DNA of 63,655 bases, the filler included, from Atractiella rhizophila (Eukaryota), in assembly GCA_021432655.1 (NCBI GenBank). It is 7 parts of 5 records of this genome, joined end to end, with 100 filler letters (N's around TTAATTAATTAA, not from the genome) between each part and the next. Parts side by side here need not be neighbours in the genome. Positions count along the whole stretch, not along the records: positions 37,084 to 51,698 come from MU271957.1; positions 51,799 to 63,655 come from MU271963.1; 5 more parts are not named here. One strand, given 5' to 3'. The notes beneath the pieces are model-generated. The model had not been told where the DNA came from, made no database searches, and saw only the letters and a program-made list of their open reading frames with translations. A program made the translations under genes and the position numbers. Below, in pieces: positions 48,127 through 61,171 of this stretch (positions are counted from its first letter, which is position 1; every line of letters starts with the position of its first letter).

Positions 48127-48530
48127 ATGACCCGAATACCTCGCCTGCATTCCCTCCTCCGCACACAACGCGTAAGTCTGTATTTACTCCTAGTTGAGTT
48201 ACTAACACCTCGCACCAGTTCCCGCCGTTTACTCTACGCCATCCTCTCCTCCTAGCCCCTCGTGCCCACTCCCAATCTCGTCTCTACTCCTATTCATCGT
48301 CCGAACAAGGTCCAAAAGAGCCCGAATGGCATCCTCCCATTTCGGACGCAGAGAAGGAGAAGCAAGAAAAGATCCTGCGCGTCTACAGAGCGTTCATGCT
48401 CGCCTTTGGAATAACCGTCGTCCTGTGGGTGTGGACGCCTAGGGATCCGAGGGAGAAGGAGAAGGTGGGGAGGAGGATGGTCGTCACCAAGGGTGAGGGT
48501 GAGGAGGAAATCAAGGTCGAGTTCAAGTGA
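48127..48530 (+). CDS. Small 118-aa putative mitochondrial single-pass membrane protein (two exons: 48127-48171 and 48219-48530)
   Basis: GTAAGT/ACTAAC/CAG intron splices in frame. Arg-rich, acid-free N-terminus ending SRLYSY, and one hydrophobic segment AFMLAFGITVVLWVW. Confidence 0.7.
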
Positions 48531-48778
48531 ATATTACCTAATTCGTTCAGAGCAAATGACAGCAGTTGCACCAATCAAGCTAGCTTCAGTGTAAGGAAGC
48601 GCAATGTGCTGAAAAAAAGCATGGTATCTGTTCTACCTGAGACGGAATTAACAACAGGGTATATAAAATCGGTTGCTACACTAAGTATGCGTGGATTACA
48701 AAAATGCAGTGTTGCACCAATCGACGGAACACAGGTTTCCGGTGCTTGAAACGAAGAAGTCTACGTTCTTTATCGCTC

Positions 48779-51500
48779 TCAAATTATATGCTCTTCTAAA
48801 AAATCGAGTTAACAGAACTAACCTGAAGACAGAACGGAAGAATGACATACCATCCTCAACAGCCTCATCCTCCTCGACCTCGATATCAGGCACTCTCACA
48901 TACTCATGGACCTCATCCCTCGCATTCAAATCGACATTCCGCATACCGAGGATACCAATGAAAGCGCCAATAAGAGCGAGTATCGCCACTCCATTCAAAA
49001 CACGTTGGACATCGGTATAAGCCTCATTGATCCCTACCCGGATTGGGTCTTCCGGAGGAAAGGAGAGAGCGACCGAGAGAGAAGAAACAATGTCTGGAAT
49101 GAGGTATTGCGATGCAGGTGGCAGATGCACCCTTAGTCGAGAAGGCAACAGGGTGGTCCATAAGGCTCCGGAGATGGCACTGCCTAAGGCACCTCCGATT
49201 TGAGTGATGGTGAGGAAGAGCGCAGTGGCACATGCGATGTCTAGAATGGGATCAGCTTGGGCAAGTTGTTGCTGTTAGGCATGTGACGAACCTTGACTTC
49301 CGACGACGCTCTGCACTCCAACCTGTCCAGCGACGGTGGTGAATCCTGCCCTCCTTTGAGCATTTGTGAATGGACAAAGCAATGTGGTGGCACACCTCCA
49401 CCTATTCCCCCTACTACCTGGCTCAAAACCAGCTCCCACGTCGGATTATCCAGTCGACGAAACCGAACCATCATCAGCTCCCCACTAATACCTCATCAGC
49501 GAACGACCTCGATGAGGAAGTTGAGGGAGAGTTAACATGGTATGAATGATGACCCCAATAAGTCCCCAAATTTTGTAACGCCCGGATATCTTCGTCAGAA
49601 TGCCAATGAATACCGATGAGACCGATGCGGTGAAGATGTAGGTCTGGCTTAAGGGCTGTGAGCGCTTTCTCGCCTTTCACAAGAAGGCAGAAAGTAAACC
49701 TGATATATTGAGCATCTCGAGCCGAATGTCCTGCGAACAAAAAGCAAAAACATAGTCAGAAGAAGAGAGGGAGAGACAAACCTCGAGCAACTTGGAGAAA
49801 ACTCGTAAAGTAGGTTTCATAGATGAATTGACTAGCAAAGTGCCAGAAACCAAGACAACATCCAGCAACAATGGTCGTGTTCTTCGCAAGACGAGGTGGT
49901 AGAATCGGATATTTGGATCTTTGCTCGACTCGTGCGAAGAGAGCGAGTGTCAAGAAGCCGAAAAAGAGAAATAGGTAAAGGCGATCTTCGTCCGAGATAA
50001 GCACCTCTCGTACACTGAGCGTAAATACTCACAGTCACCCCAACCTTTCTTCCACTCTGCTCCAACGCTGAGGGGAAATAGGATAAAGGAGCATCCCAAA
50101 GTCAGGAGGAGCATTCCAAAACCATCAAGCTCTCTCCAAACATTCTTGAGCGCGACGCGCAAGCCTCCTTCAGCTCCGAAGGCATCTCCTAGATGGGTAG
50201 GAATGCCTGCTAATTTCTCCACCGATTCTTCATCGCTTTCGACATCGTCCTCTTCCTGCAAAGATCGCAGGAACCGTGCAACTCTGTTCCACTCCCAGAA
50301 AAGCCGAAAGGAGAGATATAATGCTGAGAGTGGGACGAGGACGGCAAAGATAAGATAGGCTATGCGATATAGAGTTTCGCCTCCGAGAAGGAAGAAGTTA
50401 CCGATTGGAGGGCCTGTTGTTGATCTCAGCCCAGGACCACGAACCAAGAGTACGCTTGTGACTTACCAATCCAGGTTGTAAAGAGCCATGGTAGAGATAT
50501 TGTCGAGATGATGAATGCGCGAGAAGTCAAACTTGAGGTGTCTACAGACGAGTGAACTTAAAGAGTACGAGACGATTGATTGCCTACCAGCCACAACAAC
50601 TTGTTGGCTCAGTTGAAGCCCTTGACTTCCCAAAGCCGCCACAATTTTGCCGACCTTTCTTTCACGTCAGAAGAAGAACGAAATCATGGCGGCACCAACG
50701 CACCCCAAACATCTGTATCGAACCAGCAAAAGCTATGAGAACGTAACCTGACCACAAGCGCATCAGGTTTGATCGCTCCTCGCTAAAGGAGAGGAACTAC
50801 CGATGCCATATGTCACTCCGGATAGTGCAATACCCTCTGCACGTCCAAATACGTCTAACACTTTCGCCAAGGGTGGTTTTCCCACGGCAAGAGCAATCTG
50901 TGATTTACGTGTCACCACAACGAGGGACTTCAAGATATTAGTTGCTTACGTTAATCGCCACATATACACTACTGAGGAAGCCGTGTGCTTTGAATAAGGA
51001 TAGGAAGTACGGCTCAATTGTAGGTGTCACATTCGCTTCCTAAAGACACATTATTTTCGATAGAGGTGTAGAGGTTACCGCCTACTAGCGAAGTTGAAAT
51101 CGAGAGGATGTAGACACTAGGGTTGATGTCAGTCAGCTAAACAGAGTGTCAAGTTCATTGTAGTATGCATCATAATTTCAGTCTCTGCGATTCAGAGGTG
51201 AATAATTGCTAAGCTTAAACTTTCCAGCTGTGCTCCTCCTATTGTGACAAACGAACACATGCAAGCATGTATCATGCTTGTCTTTAGGGTGGTCTATCTC
51301 TATGTCTCTGCTCCAAGCCCACGCCTCATTTTGTGGAAAACTTCTGTTGACAGATAGCACAGACATTCGTGTGCGTCGTTGCCATCTCACTCGACAAATA
51401 AACAAAATAAGGGACGAGACGCAAACGAGACCACCCAAATCCTATTCCATCCCACCTAGAGGAGCAATTCTTCAACTACTCCTCTGGTTACTGCTCGCGG
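48779..51500 (-). CDS. MFS transporter, siderophore-iron (SIT/ARN)-like; 5' end unresolved near contig end
   Basis: AVGKPPLAKVLDVFGRAEG, QQVVVADTSSLTSRA, PWLFTTWIGPPIG, ELDGFG and IGSAL motifs typical of 14-TM SIT/ARN transporters; many introns. Confidence 0.82.
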
Positions 51501-51798
51501 TTTCCAATTAAAGACAATTCAAGTTTGTGAGTCACTGTCGGCTGTGTCAATGGAGAATGCAGACAAGATCTCGGACGACGCCAGTGGCGTAAAGATGGCA
51601 ACAGTATTCACTTCAAATATGTTCTAGGCTATTCTGGGTGAGTGGGCAAGCTTGGGCCTTGGAATACGACGAATGTGGTGGGACGGTCTAAGGACGTCNN
51701 NNNNNNNNNNNNNNNNNNNNNNNNNNNNNNNNNNNNNNNNNNTTAATTAATTAANNNNNNNNNNNNNNNNNNNNNNNNNNNNNNNNNNNNNNNNNNNN

Positions 51799-52235
51799 CG
51801 TCCAGTACGGGCTTGCTCTGGCATTGTGGCTTGTCGGGGACGGAGGCTGTCCTGCCGAGCAAGTGGAGCAGGTGGCTCGCTCTTCTTGTCCACTTTCGCC
51901 TTGTGTTCGCGATGAACTTCTTCATCTGCCTCTCTAAGTTCTTCCAGCTTGTCAGGTGTCGCCTTGTGGATTCTTTCGACAGGAATTGCGTAGTTTCTCT
52001 GAGTGGCCTGAACCCATTCCTTTGTCCTACACTCGGGCTGAGCGTTTGGCTTTGGATTAGGATATAGGACGTACTGGGCGTCATATCTCGCCCAACGAAT
52101 GAAGTACTTTTCCCGATTCTTTCCGTTCTCTTCGGGCGATGGTAGCTTTCGAATAATTGCGACATATTGCTCCTGGTCCTTCTCCCAGTCGCAAACAACA
52201 ATTTCTTGCAAGGAAAAGTTTGGGGAAGACGACAT
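51799..52235 (-). CDS. 5' part of a protein with a possible Tudor-knot/chromo-barrel N-terminus; truncated
   Basis: FSLQEIVVC...QYVAIIRK...KYFIRWARYD...YAIPVERIHK resembles the chromo-barrel pattern (YxAxI...YxVHYxxW...VxxxRI). Confidence 0.45.
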
Positions 52236-53531
52236 TGCTGAAGTTGTCTCGTTCAACAAGATGTGTGTGTATAACCAGCGCGAATATTAAACCCTGCAGG
52301 GCGTCCGTTCCTACTGCACAAAAAGAAGCAGGGTGGGGTAACTTGCGCAGGCTGGACGCCTTTAAATGCGAGCCCACGTAACAAGGGAAAACACAAGTCA
52401 CTAAATGGGGTTACTGGGAATCAAGCAGAGAATACACTTCGCGAGTCACTTGTAAACACTGGGGCAACGAAGTGGCTGGGGGGTGGCGGAATTAATACGT
52501 TCATTGAATATGGCGGTCTTTCCTTGATTGCAATTGCAGAAGCCCCGGCCAGGTCGGGGACTTCCAGAAGAGGAGGAAGTTTGCCACCAAGAAGCAGAAT
52601 ACTTTGAGATGCTGCTGCAAAGTCCGGCCTCGATTATATTCCCTCCCTTGGAGTACTTACCCGAAGCAAGGCTAAAGGTTGATTGGTTAAGATCTGAGAT
52701 CTCAGAAGCCCGGCGTTGACTTTGGCACCTTCTGTCAAATCGCTTAGCAGGCGCTCAGGTCAAGCACGTTACAAGCAAAAGGAGGGGTCAACAATAGTTA
52801 CGATGCATCTTCGTGAAGTGAAGCGAGAATGGCTACCTCACAGTAACAAGCATACAGCTTCTCACCTTGAGTATATATTCTTTCTTGTCCGGCGCGTAGT
52901 TCAGCCACTTACGGTCACTCTGGGTTTCTAGGATGAGTGTTAATAGAGACCGGTCTCTTATTCAAATTGCACACTACAATTCTTCACAAGGTTTCATTCG
53001 AGAAGCCATACTGCTTCTGCTAATATCTGGCCGGAAGCAAAAAGAAACGAAGAAAATGCCTTTCGCCTTTGCTTCATTTTTCCATGCACGGTGCGATGAT
53101 TCTGAGCGCTCATCTCTCCCTATATTGATTATCTGTGCGTCAACTGTTATGAGCTTTTGATTCAGAGAAGGGCACGGAATCACTGCAGGACATGTATCCT
53201 GCCATCCTCCCAGTCTACGAGCATACGGAGGACGATCTTAGATCTTGCCTTACCTATTCACTCGCAACGACTCAGCTGCCAGCGTGCCAGTGTTTGCAGT
53301 CATCGGAATTTACGTTTCTAACAGGAAGTTCCACTCAGACCGTAATAGTATAGATATTATGATTACACATGATCACAATTGTGTTGAGTGTGATAGCAGT
53401 GACAAGTCCAACTGATGAATGGTACATGTGAGACAAATGCAGGGACTAAAAATGTCTAGAGGAAACTGCAGATCAGGTCTGGCGCTGAATGTTCAATGAA
53501 AGTGCGAAGGAGTCCATAATAATCCTCGAAA

Positions 53532-56500
53532 CTATCGCGTACCCTCTGCAGCGGCTTTGTACTTCTTGATGAGGTCTTGAAGCTTCGGATTTGAGGCAGG
53601 TGCTGGAATTCGATTTGCTGACCTCTCGCTCCCAGTGCTGCTGGAAGCGTTAGACATGAGGCCAGTGCTGGGAGCAGTGTTCAGGTAAGCTGGAGATGCG
53701 GAAGCCTTGTTCGGATTCGCAGGGGCAGGGGGTTCACTCAAGCGCTTGAGTTTGGTCGGAATTCCGCGACTCGACGGTGGGAGGTCAGAACCCTTTTCCA
53801 TCATGTTATGCATTGCTTGCAGGGACAATCGGTGGTCCCCTTGCTTCGGTTTGTTGGGAGCGGCGGCTTTTAGGAAATCGTTGACCGATTTCGGTTTCAT
53901 AGCATCTTCCGTTCCATCACCCTCCTCAATCATTCTGCGAGTTTCTCAGATACATATCAAGGAAAAGAGAGAACACGTACTGAGCCCACATGCCAGCAAC
54001 CGCCGTCACAACACCGCCTCGGCCGCCTGACACAGACGTAAGACGACAGTATGGAATCTGGAGGAGCTTACCTCTTGCAGACCTTGCGTCATACTTAGGC
54101 TTGTATGGCCCCTCGATGTCTCTTGGAAGCTTGCCCTCAGGAGAAGACGGTCGTATTGCTTTCGGTTTGATAAGACCAGGAACATCCAGCTTCGGATTGG
54201 GTAAGAAGTCGATAGAGGTTCTCGCGACTGGCTTGGTTGGCGTCTGCGGTGATAACGGAGGAGCGATGGAATTTAGGGCATGCAAGGATGGAGACGGTCG
54301 CGTGCTCGATGGAGAATTGATGGCATGAAGGTCCTGCATCGAGGTGTAGCGATGGCGCGTGGAAGGATCATTCGGCCCACGAATAGGGGCTGGCGCTGCC
54401 TGCGAAGTCGCCAGAGTCTTCCAAGGATCGATCGTTTTCGACTCTTTAGGTGTAGGATTGCCCAGATACGAGGACTGTGGGTGAGAAGGGGACGCAACCG
54501 TCGCATGACTTGATCCACTCGTTTCGACTGGAGAAGTCGACTGCGGCACCCTTGTGTTGGGTACAGCATTTGTGGGTGATGACGTCTGAGGAAGGATGGG
54601 AACGGAGGCGTCAGCTAGAACCTGCTTCACAGTTTTGTCGACTGCAAGCGGTTCCTTCCTTTCTTCCAAAGTCACAGGAGAGGCTGATCTAGTCTTTCGC
54701 ATTCCATTGTTCTTTGAACCGTCAACCAGTGGCTGGGGAGAGATAGACCGTTGGATCGATAGAACGTCCGGCTTGCGGTTGGGAACAGCTACCGCCGGCT
54801 TTTTCGAAACAGGTGAAGGGGTCGATTTCCTTGGATCAGCACCAGCAGAGCTTGGCCGTGTCCTGGACTCCACAGGAAGAGGCACCACTTTGGGGGCAAT
54901 GCTGTAAAGCTCTTTGGTAGGACTCGATCTGGCTTTTGCCATATCCATCGACTTTCTCCGCTGCTTCTCTTCCGGTGGTGGCGAAGGCGAACCAGCAGAC
55001 CTTAACCAGTTTGCGACGCGATCGACGGCTTGATCCTTAAGCCTATTCTGCTCACCGACATTGAGCACCTTTCTGCCATCCTGATATTCTTCTCGCACAG
55101 GCGAAGGTGCATTCGGGACATTCTTCACGATGACTGGACTGGCACTCGCTCGTGTCATGACTTCTTTGACGGGAGTAGGTGGAGCAGGAGGCTCAGGATC
55201 AGCGTAGGAAGAAATAGCAGCTGTCGAGAAGCTCTTGGCTCTCAACGCACCGGCGCCCCCAACTCTCGCTGGTGAACTGGGTCGCATCGGTCCAAAGTCC
55301 GTGGGGAGCTCTAACGGGCGGGAGGAACTGTCGTTTTTGCCTCCCCGAGAAGAGGCGACACTCCTACTGACCTCTGGGGAGGTCGGCCTCGTCAACCTGG
55401 TTTCAAGCGACAACAACCCGGCGTCGGACCTTGACGAAGGCACTCTAACGCTCCTCGAGGCATCGCTGGTATCACTTTCCAGTCTCTGAGGAAAGATATT
55501 TTGAGCCTTGGGTTTCTGAGTTTCGTCCCTCTTCCGCTCCTCATCTTGCAGGACCATGTCCTCCAGCTGCTGAGCACTCGTACTTCTCTCTACAATGGGC
55601 AGACCGGTGACTTTCGGTTGTTCTTCCACCGCCCATTGCTTCACCATCATCCTACTATTCATGGTCCCAGCCTGGCTCTCCCCATCTTCTCCGATGGTTT
55701 CTAAGGCAACATCCGCCTCTCTCGTCATAAACGTACTTTGCTGAACAAGGGGGGAGAATCGACTAGGGGCTGGTGGCGGGGTTGTGCTGGAACGTCTGCC
55801 CGTTGAATTTCTCGACACTGGGCGATCAGGAGCTAGTGGAGGTTCTTGAGATGCTGGCGGCGCTGGAGGAAAATAACTGGCAGGAGGAAGGCTCTTGTGC
55901 TCGTTGACTGGACTGTGATCTGGGCTAGGAGCCTGGTTCTGCATCGCTGTTGCAAAATCCATAGCTCCGCCAGAATTTCTCCTATCTCTCGCTTCCAATA
56001 CTCTCCTCACTTCTTCCGGTGTATCTGCCTGTCTTTCCCTCGTCTCCTCTCCCCCAATCATTGGCAAACCAGGAGAGGGAAGCGGTCCGGGTGAAGGAAG
56101 CAAGTCGTTCGTTACGTTCGTATTGTTGAGAGGACGAGCATACGGATGGGAACTCACAGCAGGAGCAGAACTAGCTGGTTTGGCGGAGGGTGAACGCGGG
56201 GGAGGGATAGGAGGGATATTTGACTGGCGTGTCTGCCTTGATGCCGGACGAGGAGGAGGAATGGGAGGACCAGTCAGACTAGCACCATGTTCCGGAGGCG
56301 TCGCAAGTGGCGGAGGGAGTGGTTCCAGGCTTCCAGGCAGAGGAAGCGGTTGCGAACCACCTTGATATTGATGTGGATGGGTGTACGGACCGGGAGATAC
56401 CACGTTCTGGTGATGCTGAATGGCGCCGACAAGTTTTGAGTGCGTCAAATCCGGCATGGCAGGATCGAAAGATATATACTGAGGTTGCGCTTGAGGATAT

Positions 56501-58382
56501 GAATGTGGAGATGACGATGCAAAATTGTTGTACGGCTGCGGGGAGGAAGGTGATTGATAAGGTTGTGAGAACGGAACAGGGTAAGGCGCTTGCGCAGGGG
56601 ATGAGGGAGATTGATATGGATGCTGATTTGAAGGGGGAGCTTTATAAGGATAGATATTCGGGCTACCTGGAGCTGGACTAGTGGGAGGAAGTGTGGGCGA
56701 ATATGATCCTCCGTTCTGATAGGCGAAAGGCGCTGTAGGAGGTTCTAAGGCTGGTGCCGAGACGGGAACTTGCATTGGAGAGTAGACAGGTTGGATCGGT
56801 GCTGGAGAGCTTGCGTAGCCCCTGGCAGCATCCCAAGGAGCAGGCGATGGAGAGGGTCCCAAACTCCCGTAGTTGACGGATTGTTGGGGGATCTGAAAGT
56901 ATTGTTGCCCGCCAGGAGAAAAATCTGTAGCACCAGGAGACTGAGAGTGATACGACACACTTCCAAAGGAATTCTGGTTGTAGCCAACGGGGCCGTGGTT
57001 GTATCCTTGCTGCAAGTCGGGGGAAGTGAGATTGGGATCAAACTTGTGGCCCTCTGGAGGGACGGCAAGAGGATGCAAGACAGTAATTGGCACTTCGACC
57101 GCCAGCTTTTTGTCGAACATTCCACCTCCCAGTTCGACTCCAACGTAACATCCGATCTCAAACAGCCGGCCCCCTTTAACTGTCCACAACTCTCCCTCTA
57201 ACGATCCATTCTTCTGCCTTCCTCCAATTCGAGGTAGCTCAAGAGCAAGATGAACCTCCTTCCATTCACGAGAGGGAGGAAATTCAAAGGCGCTTCCACG
57301 GAATGGATGGGTTAGGACAACTTCGGTAATCTGTGGCGGGGGAGCGTTGCTGGTGTCGGAAGGAGGGAGGAGTAGGCGTCGTGAGAAACTCATGACCAAT
57401 CCAGAGGCCTGCACTCCCCGAGTCAGTCACAAGCACGTTCAACCAAAGACTGAAGATGCACAGTTTTCTTCCCGCCATTTCTAACTTGCACCACCAAATC
57501 AACTTTGCCATGTCTCCCCACCTCTCCACCGCTCGGACTTTCTTCTCCGTTCTCCAACCTTCCTGGTTGCCTCCAAAACGCGGACCTAAGCAGCCTGACT
57601 TTGACTTCTACCTGCTCTCCCCGCGGTCCTTTCATGTCCCTTCCCTCAACGCTCTTCCAAAACCTCTCTTTCTTCCATTCACCCTCCCTCTGTCCATGCT
57701 CCCATCCCCAGTCCTCGACCACAAAAATTTCTAACCGTTTCGTCACCAAACTCCTTTCTCCTCCTTTATTCCCTTCCGCCCCAAGTGGTAGACCGTCGGG
57801 ACCAATCTTTACCCCCGTGAGGACTTGACAAGTTGCTCGTAGCTCCCAGCGAACATTCGCGTTTGCGCCGAGAGTGAACGTCCCGGGAGGACCGTAGAAA
57901 GTTTCTTGCGACTCTTCGGGGTCTTCGGAGGGAGCGAGGAAACCGCTGGGTATAGGAAACTGGAATTGGAAGCGTGTTCGCCCTTTCAGGCCAGGATAGT
58001 AGTGACCGCCAATAGGTGACGTGGCCTTCACGGCGTTAGAGGGGGGGAGACCGTGTCCTTGAAAGAGGACAGTCCGAGTGTGGAAGGTGCGAGTAGAGCT
58101 GTGGTCCAGAGATCTCAGCTCTAGAAGATACGTAATGCACATCAACATCTCTGTCACGCCTGACTATTCGCAGTGTAATCTGAAGAGACGCGTACCTTCG
58201 ATCCCCTTGAGCTCGATACCAATTTCTCCCAACCAAATAGCGTTGCTTTTCTCGCATCGGACCTCCAAAACACCATCGATTGTCAGGCCTGTCCTAGCTA
58301 GATACACGGCGCGCGCGGGTAAAACCGAAAGTTTGAGAAATGGGTGTGAGCCCATGGCGTTCATAGGCATTGAAGGCTGCAT
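53532..58382 (-). CDS. Arrestin-fold protein with a very long Pro/Ser-rich C-terminal region
   Basis: IDGVLEVRCEK...IGIELKGIE|E...GRTRFQFQFPIP...VRWELRAT is an arrestin-N-like beta-sandwich pattern. ORFs 57423-58157, 53926-57414 and 53532-53933 are linked by short introns. Confidence 0.7.
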
Positions 58383-59244
58383 CGTGAAAGTCGTTATTCA
58401 GTAAAAAGGCCAATAAGCCCCTATTTATGGGTGTTGGTTGTTCTAAACTCGATTGGCTGTGGTTGTCCGTCCAAAGTCACGACTCGGCAACGTGACTTTC
58501 AAGGAAAGTAAACGAGAAGGCCTGGCAGAGTTTCCAGCACTTTTAAGCTAAACAGAAATATAGCACGGAAGGAGATGAGCGGCAGTGAATTCCTATGGGA
58601 AGGAGATGGCAAGATAACCGCAGTAAGGGATGCTGGTACGTGGTCACTCAACTTCGCTTTCTTGTAGTTTATTACGCTGTCGAGAAGTACACCATGCAAA
58701 ATGCATCATGACAGGTGTTTGCAGCAATTCCTTTATTTAAAGGCTAGGATTTCGACAAAATTGTTTTCTCTTACACGACCCCGCTTATGTGGATTGTTGT
58801 AGGATGAACACTCATGCTGGGCAAAGTCAGAGCAGCTACAACAAACTGGCTTAGCTACGATTTGCCTAATCTCTGGCCTACTCTCGAGTTGATTGTGTTG
58901 TTACGCGAGATGAGCATCTTGTGGCTTCTCGAACCCTTATGTCATAGTCTGGCATGTCTGGCATAGGCACTGATGTGAGTATGCTTAAACTCATCATTCT
59001 CATGTCGTTATGCATCGACTAGTCGACCCACGCGATTGCGCTTAGTATGAAATGAACATGAAATGACCACGAAGTGCCAAAAGTTGGAAGTAGCAAAGCA
59101 ATACCACCCATGAGTTTTCATGAGCATGACAAATCTTGATTGTCACGTCAAACTTCCCATATTGTAGAAGATGCCGGGTAGCCACACGACAGTTGGCACA
59201 ATTTTTTGAAGGTTGCTCTTCTTCTTTTCTCAATTCATAGAGCA

Positions 59245-59282
59245 CAAAGGAGGGAAGAAACTCCAAAGGAGGGAAGAAACTC
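59245..59282 (+). repeat. Perfect 19-bp tandem duplication (CAAAGGAGGGAAGAAACTC x2)
   Basis: Directly visible in the sequence. Confidence 0.9.
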
Positions 59283-60960
59283 GGAATCCATGCCCAAACA
59301 TCTCTGACGGCAAATCCAGGCTGGAATTGCAGGTATGATGCTAACACACTTTGATGCAACTGTCTGCTCTCAAGACAAAGGAAAGTAGGAATTGGATAAT
59401 TGCCTGAATGACACGTCTGGCATGATTAATGCCTGTTTTCAGGATCCGTACTCTGGAGTTATAACTGATGATTGATCATGAATTTCATGCCTTTTTCATG
59501 ACCGTATCATGATTCCGTTGTATGGACATGATATGAACGTGAGCTCTGGAATGTTGCGAAAACACATGTGAATTGCTCACGAGTTCGTCATGACACACTC
59601 ATATCAATCCCTGGTCTGGCAGCATCAGTTACCGCACCGGCTAGGATTGCTAGTGGTTTCAGCAAGTACTTTGCAGGCATGTGTTGGTGCAGTCCCTCGT
59701 TTCAAGGACGAGTATTCGAATACTTTAATCTTCACTCATGAAAGTTACGTCGTCATGAGTTGTCATACCAAGTCCAATCAGAATAACGAAGATGAGCTGG
59801 AAGGGCAGACCGCAGCATGATAGTGCTGCTTTCGATCAGTGCTCACTCACGTTAATTGTGTGAAATTTCCAGTTACATTTGCCTGAATAATAATGTGAAC
59901 AATGCTGAAACCATGGAAGGTTACACAGAGCGTGATAGCTCTGGATAGCTTGCTTTTGTCATTCCAGACTAGCTCAGCTGCCCGTGCGGGCCTAATGGCT
60001 AAATTCCTCGCAATCATTTGATCGCTCCTTTAAGCATTATCAGGCTTTCCAAGTCTATTGCATTTCTTCTCACGGTCTGGCATTTCTCGGTTCCGAAGCG
60101 GAGCATCTCAATTGATCAGAAGACACGCTACAACCGCGTGGCAAACCTGCAGCCACGTTTACCAGAGAGGCTTCCAGTCTTCCAGACCTTTGCAAACTGA
60201 TTTCGAGCCATTATCAAGTTGGGAATCGACGGGGCTGACGGAGCCAGAAGCAGGGCAGTCCAGATTATTGAAGAACCAGAGTTCCATCTTGTAAAGGAGC
60301 CCAAACCCAAACAGAGCGACCAAAGAGCTTGCTTTATTCTCCTGAGCAAATCTAGAGATCCCTTTGTCCTGGCTAAAGTTGAAGATTCAGATCTCGCAAC
60401 GTGGTTTCCATGTGGAGAGATAGAATTCGAGGTTGGCATAACAAAAATCTCACTATAAGAGTAGCCCTTTCTTCTCTTCCCTTTCTTCTCCCACATCCCC
60501 TTCACGTCTTGCGGTGCTGTTGGTCAGGATACAGGTTCGTCGGGATTCCCTTTCACGTCGTCTGTGCCTTTCCAAACAAATATTTATTTACTCCTTCCCC
60601 GTCCTCCATCGCATCCTTCCGAACCCTGATATGTTGTGACGACCATTGTTATCCATATCATGGATCTTGTCTAGCCGTGCACCAGTAGATTAGTCCATGT
60701 GAACGGCCCATAAAAGACGATGGAGATCTCTCTGTCTGCACAGAGCTCCATTTTCAAGACCACAAAGGCACTCGTTTCCCTGTGCCTTATTCGCTTTGAC
60801 TGTGCTCATCTCATTTGCACCTTTTGAAAGTGTATCTTTGTGAGCTCAGCGAAGGTGTTATCATCATTTTTTCATCCATGTGAGTACATAGCTCCGGTAT
60901 CCTGCCCAGGCCCAATGTTTTGCTTCGAAGCAACCCGATTGACGAGCTTCGAGCAGGACG

Positions 60961-60983
60961 TGACGTCAGGCTGGCAGTATAAA
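60961..60983 (+). promoter_or_regulatory. CRE palindrome TGACGTCA followed by TATAAA upstream of the HMG-box gene
   Basis: TGACGTCA at 60961-60968 and TATAAA at 60978-60983, about 190 nt before the ATG at 61172. Confidence 0.5.
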
Positions 60984-61171
60984 CTGACATCTCACTTGCC
61001 TTCTCTTTTGCTTTCTTCCATTACTTCTCCACTGTCCTCGATTACTGATCTAATCTGCTTACAGAATCTTATCCCTATCCTATCTGACGGTCTTCACAGA
61101 GTTCTCCTTGTCTCAGGTTTTGTGAGCTTTCTTCTCTCCATTTGACATGCGACTGAGTTCATCGACAGATC

